From the NCBI RefSeq assembly GCF_964355755.1, contig NC_092679.1:2014201-2078200 (forward strand): a DNA stretch of 64,000 nucleotides. The letters run 5' to 3'. The stretch is from Antedon mediterranea. Taxonomy: Eukaryota; Animalia; Echinodermata. The notes beneath the pieces are model-generated. The model saw only the letters and a program-made list of their open reading frames with translations, did not search any database and was not told where the DNA came from. Positions 53,401-63,428 of the stretch are shown piece after piece. How positions within the stretch are numbered: position 1 is the stretch's first letter; each line of letters opens with the position of its first letter. A program made the translations under genes and the position numbers.

Positions 53401-56400
53401 GTGACAGAGTTCATTTCGTTATAATTATCTTCAATATTATTCCTGGTTATGTTCTGAATGTATAATTCATTTATTTTGACTATTGGACTTATAGTAATCC
53501 TGTATATTTGTATTTTCTTCTTTAATATATTTTTTCTTTTTGTGTATTTAATTGGAATTCTCTGAATATACTGTAAACTAAAGCTAGTTTGACAAAAAAA
53601 AGGGTGATGTGCCCAAATATGGTAGTGATATGACATCATCATGTCCATAATGGGCACATCACATTTTTTTTCACATAAAGTTTGATAGTGTAGACAGAGC
53701 TTAAGGCATCTTAAGAGGCTAACTGAATATAAACTCGGTATTAATATGTAAGTTGGAAGGGTACAGTACCTTCTATTTCCAAAAAAATCAAATTAAATCA
53801 GTACCTGTGAGGTAATAATATTTAAGACTCTCACTGTTTGTTCATGGGTGGAATGGTGGGTTAATATAGCCTACTGTCAAGGGTATTGGTATCAATGAAG
53901 TTTTAAATAAATATGGTTTTTGAGTTTCATGACTGGAGTAATGGGTTATTTGAAAATGAATAACAGTGAATGGGTTTTTATGGTGGATAAAAGAGCCACG
54001 TCTGGGTTGATTGAGTCTAGTAGTTTAACGGTTAAATTCAGATGTTAATAGTGCATGAAAATGTAAATTGTGCAGGAAAAGTACTGTAGCATGTAAACAA
54101 GAAAAGTTCAAACAGAGAACTATATTCATAATTTATCTTAAGCTCTGACTACACTATCAAACGTTATTTGACAAAATGATGTGCCTATATGGACACAACG
54201 ATGTCATATCAGTACCATATTTGGCCACATCACATTTTTGTGTCAAACTAGTGTGATAGTGTAGACAGAGCTTAAGGGAAGAGAAATACATAATAAAATG
54301 AAGCAAAACTTTTTTTTTTTGGATAAAATATTTGTTTATTAACTTACATAGTTTTGCTGTGTCATCATTTTTTCCAACGGTTCATTTAAGTTTGGTTTTG
54401 TGAAGTGAAGATAGTTGAGACCTCCTGGAAGTATTGCGGCTTGAACCTTACTACTGTGGTACATTGGTATCAGGTTCATACTTTCTTCTGGTGGCTCTGT
54501 GTAATTCTCAACGGTTGGGTCAAATAATCGTAGCATTGTGGACGCCAGCAATTGACCTACTTCTCGCGAGTTAAAGTTACTCTGTGTCCTGCAAGAAAAA
54601 GTGTATATGAAGAACTCAATTTTTATAATCCCTTATTTATTTATTTTTGTAGAAATAGTATTTACAGTATGTTTCACCATGGACTCCATGGTTTAATATA
54701 CAGTATTACTATTGCAAGCATAAAACCAAAACATTGAATAAAACATCATTTGTAATTTCATTGCCAAACACTATCTTGTTGATGTAGAAGAAAAAAAACA
54801 ATTTAATTTAACAGCAAATTTATTTCTGCAAATTACAATTGCAAGGGAATATTACAATGTATAAAGCCAAAATAAATAAAAATATTGATAGTTAATTAAA
54901 CATGAAATATTTTGCAAAAACACAAACTAGTATCACATTCAATGCCATTTCTGATAAACTGCTAATTTCAATTTGTTCAATAAAAAGAGCATTTGTAACA
55001 AAATTTCTGATTGCCTATTACAGAACACAGAAATTACATAAAACTTGCAAGAGGGCAGAGTGACATCTAAGCAATATTGTACGTGCTTCTCATGGTACCA
55101 AAAGGTCAATCAATTGACATGTAATACTAGCACATTTCTGTATCATTATGAATTATTTTAAGAAAGAAAATGCTGAGGCAGCATCTATCAATCAATATCA
55201 ATCAATATAATCAATCAGAAGAATACATACTTGAAGACATGAATTGATTTTTGACAATATGGCATGGTTGATGATAATGGCCGATTTAATTTAGTTCCTA
55301 AGCTCTCTATTGGAACCTCTCACATCATAGGCCTATAAAGATGACTCCCGTGTTCTTTCTGCACAAAGGGGAATGAGCTATTAGGAGCTCATTGTACTAA
55401 GCCACGGCATTATGTGGTAGAGGGGCCAGTTCATTTCCTCATCCTCCCCAGTATTTTTCAACCAGATACTCATTTACAGCTGATTGGACTGGTAGTTGTC
55501 GGGAATTGAACCCGGGTCTCCCTGTATGACAGTCAAGTGTCTTAACCACTCCATACTCTATAACAAAGGCTTAGTATAATTATATTAAAGAGTGAAACGG
55601 TAACCTTACCATTGGTCCATATGGTATTTACGTTGGAACTTTGTGATTGGACCGGCCGCTCGGATGGACAAATCATTGGTGTGGAAGTTGGCATCGATTA
55701 CAAGTCGTCCATCAAATACAAGGCAACTGTCATTGATAGCTGTCAAAAAAAGTTAATAAAGTTTTTAAGGTAATATAAATAAGGTTTTTGTTTTATATTA
55801 AGCTTATTAGTGAACCCTCTAATTAGAAATATAATTTGTAAAGATCTCTAGGACATGAATTTCTAAATACAAACCTTTAAAAGCGTCGAAATCAACAGCT
55901 TTCCTATTGAAACAGAAGAACACAGAACATTCAAGTTTTAATGGCTTTGCGTCAGATGTAAAAGAAGCGCAGTAAACTTCCTCGATACTCTTCCCATCAT
56001 TCCATTGAGCAAGATAGTACCCATAATGCACATGGACCCCTTCGGCAGCTAAGGCATCACTGACGGCTGTTTCGATTTGTTTGTTGTTGAAGCAAGTGGG
56101 TTCATAGTTGGGCGGAGGGTGTACAAAGTGTATGCGACTTCCTGGGGTGCCTAACTTTAGTAATGATTGCACTGTAGTGTATGCGTCTAGGCTGGATCCG
56201 TATACAATAGCATTACCTACAGAAAATAACAATTATTTTTATTCGAGGAGGAGCGAATTCGGCACCTCTATTTAAATGTCAACTTAAACTTTTCTATTTA
56301 ATTAATTACTAAGTATTGTTAGGCGCTCTGTTCTTTGTTCTTTCTTGGGACTAGCTGTTTTTTTCCATTTATTTTGTTAAAAATAAGCTTATTTGAATAA

Positions 56401-59400
56401 AAACTTACTTACTTAAGTGCTTTTGAGCACAAAGGTTTTATGTCATACAGTAAAAGTGAGCAAAGTTTATGTTATTCTACATTACTTTGATAAATTATTA
56501 AATAAATTAAAAAAAGTAAACCTCCTACCTTCTGTTGTGATGAAGTTCTTTCTCAACCAATTAATAGCCACCCTCGCATCATGTTCATCGTTCACCAGAA
56601 GTACGTTTCTTGGAACTCTGCCAGTGTATTGCCGGTTTGGATTACATGTCAGTTCATTATTCGCTGTCAGTTTTGTGATGTCTACACCTGTGGGGGCGGT
56701 TGTTTGGTACTGCTGGCCGGTCGCAATCACAAGGTGGTCGTACGGGACCTTTGCACCTCCTGTCACTTTCACATATTTGCTGGCTCTGTGGAAAAAGTAA
56801 AATTTCAAAAAGATGTGATATTCTATCTAATATTTGTATATCTTGTAGGGTTTATTTATACATGGACAAAAATCAAACATATTTCTTATATAAATCAATA
56901 ATCAATAATCAATACCTATCGATTGCAATCATCTTAGCATTGACAACATTCACCCAGGTTCGCAGTGATATTTGTGCCAACTCATTCTGTGTGTAGTTAT
57001 GAGGCGTTGAGAGGAAGCTTGACACGACATCGTCGGGAGTGTTGTCTCCAGGCAGGCCATGTGGAGAGATCAACACAAGGTTGTTGAACCGCAAATGAGG
57101 ACTGAAAAAATACATAACCAAAATTTAAAAATTAATTCAGTTTATTTCTATATTATGCATACTGTAAAAGTAGTGATGATAATCAACCTATTTGATAATA
57201 ACCGATATTTGGTGTGTATTACTACTACAGGAAAAGAAAACAACTGTAAAGGCCAATTTACACAGACGAGCGATAACGGTAATAAATAATATAGAATCTA
57301 TGTTATTCCTTATGACGATTAACACATACAGCAGATCGAACAGGTGTTTCCGCTCAGGATAGATAGAGAATCTATGTGAACAAGCTACGCGGTTTTCAGC
57401 TTACTGTTACCACCCGTCTGTGTAAATTGGCCTGAATATATTAAATTAAAAGTTAAATACCAGAAAGCAAGAGTCTCCAAAAATGAGATGCTGACATCTG
57501 ACGATCCAACGATGACAATACGAGCGTTAATGGTCACCTTTGGTTCAAGGGTCAGTTTCCGGTTTATGTGATTCAAAGCATACTTCTCCTAGAAAAAGTT
57601 ATTTAAAGAGATTTGTAATGCCATCATGCAACATTATAAATACAGCATTGTATGATTTTTGTAACCAAAAAAATAAAATATTCCAGGAAAAATATTTCTC
57701 AAACCCAGAATCATTTCATTTTTTTGATGAAATAAAAAGCTGGTATACCTGTTCTTTGATAACACGTTCTGAGGGTGCATTACCACCAAGTCTTTCCAAT
57801 GGGTAAATTATTTGACGACGAGATCGAACCGGCACCATGTAATTTAAGCATGTAACAAGAGAATGCCGTGCAGATCCCTGTAAGTAGAGAAAAACATAAT
57901 TTCAATTCAATTTCAATTTATTTCTAAAAATAATAATATAATTACATAAATGCAATAAACATAAGAATTTAAAAACAAAGAAAACAAAGATAACATTGTT
58001 ACATTAGTCCAAAGCTCTGTCTGTGACTAAAAATGTGATGTACCCATATATGGACATGATGATGTCATATCACTACCATATTTGAGTATAGCACTACTAA
58101 TTTGGGCACATCACACTTTTTTTTGTCAAACTAGTTTGATAGTGTGGACGGAGCTTTAAACTATACTAGAACTTAGAATATGTCAGACAAAACTTTCTGT
58201 ACCTTTGAGACGGAATAAGGAGGAAAAACCGGATAATACAGACACGATCGATGAGACTGCCGGAGCACTTCCTTCAACATATGCTTTGTGTAATGCTGGA
58301 ATATCGGATTCATCGTAAAATGATAGAGATGAGCATGTTCATCACGACGATGATGGTTATAGTAGATGAAGTCTTCAATATTGTAGTGTGAACGGACGTA
58401 TTCGATGTCCTCTTCACTGCGAGTTATGGCAATGCTCACGATTTGGCCTTCGCACTCGCCCACAAATGCCTGGATTGGCGTTCCATCCTAAAGAAAGAAA
58501 AAATTTATTTTATATTTAATAAATTGCTAATATGTCCAATGAAATAAATTTTTCGTTAACAAAATAATAATGGTATGAGGTCATACTTACATCATCCCGT
58601 CTTGCACGATTGAACTGATCAAAATCAGCCAAAATCGCTTCTTTGTTTTCAATATTTTCAACAAGCGTTTCAACGTTATTTCTATCAGTAACACATATAG
58701 GTCGTACATTGAACGATTGTAGAATACCAGATCTGTTGAAGATGTACAACTCTTGAGGCAGCGTGCTTGGACATTTGGGGGTAGCTCGCTTCAAATTAAA
58801 AGAAAAACATGATTTAATTTATTAAAATAGAAATAGTGAAAAATCATGGCATTTCTATTTTTAAATGCTTCACTTCTTTCCAAAATGTCAGATGTTGACA
58901 AATTGGAATTAACTACTTATATTATATTGTTATATATTATTATGTTATCTGTACATGTATTTAAAAGTATTAAACTTGTTCTTACCACAAAACTCTGCAG
59001 AAGTGGAAACTCAGGAACCAAATGGGGCACAGTTATCACACAAAAATCTTTATCAGGAAACAAGGAAAATGCAAGTGGTAGGAAATCCAGAGACCTAAAA
59101 AATTAGACATTATTTAATTGTCTCTAAAAACGGTATATTTTTTTCATATTGTGTTAAGCTCTGTCTACAATATGATTATACAATATTTATGTGACAAAAT
59201 GTGATGTGTCCATATATGGACATGATGATGTCATATCACTATCATATTTGGGCACATCACTCTTCTTTTGTCAAACTAGTTTGATAGTGTAGACAGAGCT
59301 TTTATATAAATATATGAAATTAATCCTCATCCTAAATTGTGGATTTTTCAAGATTTGAAAGACGATCAAATATATTCTAACAATGAAAATGAGGACCAAA

Positions 59401-62400
59401 CGTCTTACCTCATTTCATATTGTTCATCTATACAGAACAATTGAATACAGAATGCATTTGATTCTCCTGCAAACACCGGTTCAAACACGACCTCTGGTTG
59501 CACCTCATCCCCCAGTATGCTGCTTTCTCTTGATATCATAGGCTCATCGGCAGCATCTGTCACAGATCTACCGGATTTCTATAAAGAAAAAAATGAAACC
59601 AAATCGTCAACATTTCTAACCAACTGATTAGAAAGTAGCTGTCATTTGATGCTTAGGGAGTGGAGTCGAAACACCCTGTCACCAGGTCAGGATTTAACTT
59701 TGGATCCTGAGATTGGAAGACAAGACAAGACAGCTCCACTACTTGCTTCAGATTGGATGTCTGTTGGGATTGCTGCAGTGATAACTTTGCATATAAGTTC
59801 TAGTAGTTTTTATAGAAAACAAATAGAAAGCCGTCTCACCTTTGAAGAAGTCTCTGAGTGGACTGATGCAGCATCACCTACATCGCTTGGTGCTGGAGTA
59901 CCACTAGAAAAAAAAAGACCATTCAAATTAGAATCATAAATTTCGACTACTAATATTATATCTTCATATAAAATTCAATTTAGATAATAATATGAAATGA
60001 CATGATAAGTTCCTACCCGTCCATATGAACATCACTGAGCTTCTGTTGTACTGACGCTTTTGTTGTGGCACCACTGCCTAGAAGTAAACAGATAAACAAA
60101 CTTTTTAATGAAACCTATGTCTCTTCTAAAAGAAGGGAAGAGAGGAGGGTTAGGTAAACTAAAGTAAACTAACAGAAACAGAAAATCAAAAGTTAAAAAA
60201 TGATTTCTACCTCTTGAAATTGACTTAGAACGAGGAGTGGCTTGTTGCGAGACTGTCTTTCCACCACTGGCAGGCCTGGTTTGCTGAGAACCCTCTTTTG
60301 TACCACTGAGAGGTCTATCTTGCTGAGAACCTGTCTTTGCACCACTGCCAGGCCTGGCTTGCTGCGAGACTGTCTTTGCACCACTGCCAGGCCTGGCTTG
60401 CTGCGAGACTGTCTTCGTACCACTGCCAGGCCTTGCTTGCTGAGAGATTGTCTTTGTACCACTGCCAGGCCTACCTGAAGAAGTTTCTTCTCCTTTTTTG
60501 ATAGAGGCCATTGAACTTGTCCTTGATTGAGACTTCTCTGAGTTGGCCTTGCTACCTAGTTCATCCTCCACAACGGGAGTTGGTTCATCTGTGAATTAGA
60601 CCAGATTATTACTTTCACAATGCAGAACACTGGGACAAACACCTGCACACAGAACAAGAATGCTATGCAACCACCAGTAAGTTACACAGTGCTGATAGAA
60701 TGGTGAAAAGGTAAGTGACTGACCTGGTGGGGTAGGTGGTCGTAGTACATCGTCAGGGTGCGGTTTACGAAGACCGTGGAATGGAACCAGTTCAAAACAA
60801 GAGTTGAGTACCTCAACGTTCACCTCATTCGCAATACTCATAAACCCAACAGCTGTGTCTTCCATCTTTAAAAAGAAAGGGCACGTGTTATTGTATGTAA
60901 ATATGCAAAATCAGTAAAAATGAATAAATTATGTAATAAAAAATAAATAAAGACCTCAACAATAAGGGCATGGTGATTTTCATCTTGCGCCTCTATCAAC
61001 TCTGCCAGAAAGTAATTGCCGTAGGTTGTCCCCAGCATGTCACTCTGTCTGTTAAAGATTGGGGTCAGGTCATCGTGATCTTCAACTCTAATAAAGAAAC
61101 AATTAAACGTGATACAGTTATAACAGTATCAATATTCAATGTTTTTTTTTTAGTTTTTGCCAAGTCAAAAAAATTTGTTTTTGTGCTAATTTCAACATGA
61201 ACAAAAATTTTAGGCTAGGATGCAAAATGTATTAATTATTATTATTATTATTATTATTTATTGCCAAAAACCAGATACAAACAAACAAAAACACAGAAAC
61301 TAAGGGAGTAGGCAGGAACCTAAAAGTGAACCTAATCACTATAACAAGAGTTCAGGTTTCGTACTCCCAAAGTAACAACAATGATATATAATAAACTATA
61401 TAAAAATATTTAAATAACAAGATGTGATCTTATTTAGTTTGATAGGTAATAAAGTTGAGCTGAGAATAGCTGGGTATTACCTTAAAAAGCATTCTTCCAC
61501 CCAGCACAAATGCATCATTGCGATAACTGGGCATTTAGGAAAGTAAAGAGTTTTTGTTTCTTACCTTGCTTTTCTTGTGTATAAAACAGGACACATTGTG
61601 TGTCGATGACAAACAAACACGGCACACTTCTCAGACGGTTTAGCGCCATCTTTGCGATCCATTGGGATAAACAAATCAGCCAATGCCAGGTCAGGGTAAA
61701 CTCCTCCAGGCACCACCAGGAAAATGAAATGGATATCAGGAACAGCATTGAAAACAGTCCTGCAAACATTTTAAACAAAATATATAATAAATCATAGAGG
61801 CAAAATATAAATAATTACTTATAAGTCTTAGTGATGAATAATTCTTACCTGATAATTTCTTTAGCACTGCCATGAGAAAAGTCACCCTTTGACACAAAGT
61901 AATGCATAAATAGTGTGTTTAAAGGCTGCAAAAAAAAGAGATTGATTTGATTGAATTTACTTGAATTAAGAAGATTTGAACCCAGTATACAGAAATATTC
62001 ATTCAGTCCATGTAAAGACAAAATATATAAAAATTCCTATAGCTGATGACTTTTTTGAGCGACCAATCATTTTGTGTTCGTTCAGTTGCATCACAGCGGC
62101 GAATTTAGTTTCAACTTATGATATATTCAACAGCCTACCACACCTAAAATAAACTGGTCACAATAAGATATTTTGAAAACATTTTGAAAAGTAAATTACC
62201 GTAGCTTTCTCTGTATCATATTCTGCATTGAGCCATTGCTGCCATTTGCTTTGATCAACATCAGGCAAGTTAGGATAGTCAAAGAATGCAGCATGGGCTA
62301 ACACTTCTTCACGTTCGTTGTTCAACGTCACAGCAAGTACAGACTTTTCGCTGTGAAAACAAAAAAATTTATAGTTCAATCTTATGCACTTGTCAATTGT

Positions 62401-62981
62401 ATGACCCACTATACGACCCCCGGGAGAGGTGCGTCATGGATGTGTCATTTACAAATACTTACTGACACAGGGGTGCGTCAAAAAACCTAGATGGTACGTC
62501 ACATCAATGAACAAGGTGTGTCAATGTCCGTCACTTTACCACCCACCATATCATAAACAACATGGTCACAGTGCGTCAAAATGGGTGCGTCATGGTCACC
62601 TAAAGGTAAGTCACCTTTTTGACGCACGGGTGCGTCATGGTATTCAAAAGTATGACGCACATCGGACAAATGACGCACCTCTCCCGGGGGTCATATAGTG
62701 GGTCATACAATTGACAAGTGCATTATATAGTAGATAAGATTTTTTAATTGAGTGTTTAAGTTTATTGTTACTATGGACAACTTCTTTTGACCTCTGACTG
62801 TTGACCCTTTGAAAAGGTTAGAGACTTACATTAAGTGAACAATGTTAACTCTGCCGAATAATTGTTCTGTAGACGGTGAAACAAGTTTAATAATGTTTGC
62901 TGCATCAAGTGATTCTGTTCGTCGAGCATTTATTACTTCACCTGACCCATTGGCAGACTTCAAAACAGCCGACGCAGCCAT
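50226..62981 (-). CDS. CFAP61: Cilia- and flagella-associated protein 61 (C20orf26/FAP61, calmodulin- and spoke-associated complex), 23 coding exons, 1341 aa
   Basis: Exons (5'->3'): 62981-62830, 62350-62200, 61925-61849, 61759-61565, 61087-60955, 60865-60724, 60588-60211, 60077-60017, 59903-59840, 59578-59409, 59094-58986, 58788-58591, 58487-58203, 57877-57749, 57588-57461, 57101-56916, 56785-56529, 56216-55875, 55739-55610, 54588-54348, 51645-51544, 51110-50916, 50426-50226. They sum to 4026 nt with all phases consistent. Motifs: [71 protein letters not shown] (FAD/NAD-binding-like), [42 protein letters not shown]. Confidence 0.95.
50452..50576 (+). mobile_element. MITE family 1 copy (partial), ~25 bp from CFAP61 last acceptor
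   Basis: tgtgatgtgcccaaatatggtagtgat...tagtgtagacaaggcttta. Confidence 0.75.
50745..50885 (-). mobile_element. MITE family 1 copy, both TIRs intact
   Basis: taaAGCTCTGTCTACACTATCAAA...TTTGATAGTGTAGACAGAGCTtac. Confidence 0.88.
50916..51110 (-). CDS. CFAP61: CFAP61 coding exon 22 ([15 protein letters not shown]...FHDRFPDFR)
   Basis: ORF track plus splice sites. Confidence 0.92.
51288..51444 (+). mobile_element. MITE family 1 copy
   Basis: ctctgtctactctatcaaattagtttgac...tttgatagtgtagacagct. Confidence 0.82.
51544..51645 (-). CDS. CFAP61: CFAP61 coding exon 21 (GRELVTG...[18 protein letters not shown])
   Basis: Translated by hand; GT-AG. Confidence 0.9.
51745..52244. repeat. 70-bp tandem repeat, 7 identical copies plus 10 bp
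   Basis: Unit AATAGAGGTTGGACGTAGTGTATAACCTATCCCATATATCTCATGGGATATTGTCTCGGGATGTCCATTG starting 51745, 51815 ... 52165. Confidence 0.97.
53576..53704 (+). mobile_element. MITE family 1 copy (left TIR truncated)
   Basis: ctagtttgacaaaaaaaagggtgatgtgcccaaatatggtagtgat...gtgtagacagagcttaa. Confidence 0.85.
54138..54275 (-). mobile_element. MITE family 1 copy, both TIRs
   Basis: ttaAGCTCTGACTACACTATCAAAC...GATAGTGTAGACAGAGCTtaa. Confidence 0.85.
54348..54588 (-). CDS. CFAP61: CFAP61 coding exon 20 (FNSREVG...LFDP...LPGGLNYLH)
   Basis: ORF track plus splice sites. Confidence 0.92.
55330..55560 (-). mobile_element. tRNA(Asp)-derived SINE
   Basis: Minus-strand head AGTGGTTAAGACACTTGACTGTCATACAGGGAGACCCGGGTTCAATTCCCGAC has Pol III A/B boxes and follows tRNA-Asp(GTC); followed by CAGCTGTAAATGAGTA (CORE-like) and a non-tRNA body; 3' end approximate. 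Confidence 0.7.
55610..55739 (-). CDS. CFAP61: CFAP61 coding exon 19 ([22 protein letters not shown]...AAGPITKF)
   Basis: Translated by hand; GT-AG. Confidence 0.92.
55875..56216 (-). CDS. CFAP61: CFAP61 coding exon 18 ([12 protein letters not shown]...KAVDFDAFK)
   Basis: ORF track plus splice sites. Confidence 0.92.
56529..56785 (-). CDS. CFAP61: CFAP61 coding exon 17 ([14 protein letters not shown])
   Basis: ORF track plus splice sites. Confidence 0.92.
56916..57101 (-). CDS. CFAP61: CFAP61 coding exon 16 ([18 protein letters not shown]...IDR)
   Basis: ORF track plus splice sites. Confidence 0.92.
57250..57433. mobile_element. MITE family 3: 19-bp TIR AGGCCAATTTACACAGACG
   Basis: Perfect 19-bp inverted termini in CFAP61 intron 15; flanks TAA/GAA (imperfect TSD); Harbinger-like terminus by inference. 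Confidence 0.75.
57461..57588 (-). CDS. CFAP61: CFAP61 coding exon 15 ([26 protein letters not shown])
   Basis: ORF track plus splice sites. Confidence 0.92.
57749..57877 (-). CDS. CFAP61: CFAP61 coding exon 14 ([18 protein letters not shown])
   Basis: Translated by hand; GT-AG. Confidence 0.9.
58011..58158 (-). mobile_element. MITE family 1 copy
   Basis: aaagctctgtct...gtcaaactagtttgatagtgtggacggagcttta. Confidence 0.82.
58203..58487 (-). CDS. CFAP61: CFAP61 coding exon 13 ([13 protein letters not shown]...CLYYPV)
   Basis: ORF track plus splice sites. Confidence 0.92.
58591..58788 (-). CDS. CFAP61: CFAP61 coding exon 12 ([12 protein letters not shown]...ARRDD)
   Basis: ORF track plus splice sites. 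Confidence 0.9.
58986..59094 (-). CDS. CFAP61: CFAP61 coding exon 11 ([36 protein letters not shown])
   Basis: Translated by hand; GT-AG. Confidence 0.9.
59155..59303 (-). mobile_element. MITE family 1 copy, both TIRs
   Basis: ttaagctctgtctaca...tttgatagtgtagacagagctttt. Confidence 0.85.
59409..59578 (-). CDS. CFAP61: CFAP61 coding exon 10 (...[20 protein letters not shown])
   Basis: Translated by hand; conserved motif; AG|gtaaga donor. Confidence 0.9.
59840..59903 (-). CDS. CFAP61: CFAP61 coding exon 9 ([21 protein letters not shown])
   Basis: T-tract/ctag acceptor, AAG|gtgaga donor, phase-consistent. Confidence 0.7.
60017..60077 (-). CDS. CFAP61: CFAP61 coding exon 8 (small linker exon [19 protein letters not shown])
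   Basis: tctag acceptor, GG|gtagga donor; needed for phase continuity with exon 9. Confidence 0.65.
60211..60588 (-). CDS. CFAP61: CFAP61 coding exon 7 with six 13-aa RPGSGxKTVSQQA repeats
   Basis: ttcacag acceptor, G|gtagaa donor, 378 nt, phase 1-1, open frame. Confidence 0.75.
60724..60865 (-). CDS. CFAP61: CFAP61 coding exon 6 (AVGFMS...[17 protein letters not shown])
   Basis: ORF track plus splice sites. Confidence 0.9.
60955..61087 (-). CDS. CFAP61: CFAP61 coding exon 5 ([11 protein letters not shown]...[15 protein letters not shown])
   Basis: Translated by hand; GT-AG, phase-consistent. Confidence 0.9.
61565..61759 (-). CDS. CFAP61: CFAP61 coding exon 4 ([17 protein letters not shown]...[10 protein letters not shown])
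   Basis: Translated by hand; GT-AG, phase-consistent. Confidence 0.9.
61849..61925 (-). CDS. CFAP61: CFAP61 coding exon 3 ([13 protein letters not shown]...EIIR)
   Basis: Translated by hand; GT-AG, phase-consistent. Confidence 0.9.
62200..62350 (-). CDS. CFAP61: CFAP61 coding exon 2 (EKSVLAVTL...HAAFFDYPN)
   Basis: GT-AG bounded, phase-consistent. Confidence 0.9.
62385..62722. mobile_element. MITE family 2 (PIF/Harbinger-like): ~53-bp TIRs, TTA target-site duplication
   Basis: tta|TGCACTTGTCAATTGTATGACCCACTATACGACCCCCGGGAGAGGTGCGTCAT...ATGACGCACCTCTCCCGGGGGTCATATAGTGGGTCATACAATTGACAAGTGCA|tta (one mismatch between TIRs). A 3-bp TWA TSD is typical of PIF/Harbinger. Confidence 0.88.
62830..62981 (-). 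CDS. CFAP61: CFAP61 coding exon 1 (MAASAVLKS...RVNIVHL); exon acceptor at 62996
   Basis: AACATGG start context, AT|gtaagt donor. Confidence 0.9.
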
Positions 62982-63350
62982 GTTGTTTTCTTTTTCCTGT
63001 TTGAAAAAAAAAACATAAATCACATCACATTATTAATTATTTAGTCAGAAGTACCTACTAGGCCCTAGACTAACTAAGCTTAGTGCCTAGGTAGCCTAGG
63101 ACCTATGCACAGTGTCCTGTGGCCTACTCTAGGGAGAAACGAAGCTAGCAAGCAGATGCTCAGCGGGTTGAACGGCACCAAACCACCTTTGTCAACCCTG
63201 ATTTCAGAACGCTGACCGGCCTAACATTCGTCGATTTGTGGTTATTAAATTGGTAAGTTAAGCTTACAAAGGTGAATTTAAATAACGCTATTATATCTGC
63301 ATACATGATTAGTATAAGTTGTATAACCTTATTTATTCAAACACACTTAC

Positions 63351-63400
63351 CGTAAGGTGATTTTCGTCCTTTTAACAGTATTTGTAAAGTGGCTTTTAAA
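63351..63400 (-). other. Probable non-coding first exon of CFAP61 (5' boundary approximate)
   Basis: Strong donor ACG|GTAAGT at 63351/63350 upstream of the 62996 acceptor and just downstream of an X-box-like motif. Confidence 0.55.
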
Positions 63401-63414
63401 ATACAACCGCCATT

Positions 63415-63428
63415 GATTCTATGGCAAC
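63415..63428 (-). promoter_or_regulatory. RFX X-box-like motif GTTGCCATAGAATC in CFAP61 promoter
   Basis: Perfect GTTGCCAT half-site of the X-box palindrome GTTGCCATGGCAAC, ~65 bp upstream of the first donor; RFX regulation of ciliary genes is established. Confidence 0.6.

Noticed and set aside
55495-55560. Functional tRNA-Asp gene
   Set aside because: Acceptor and anticodon stems do not pair properly and it continues into a SINE-like body.
60613-60642. 30-nt phase-compatible microexon in CFAP61 intron 6
   Set aside because: The downstream intron would be only 24 nt, and read-through hits a stop.
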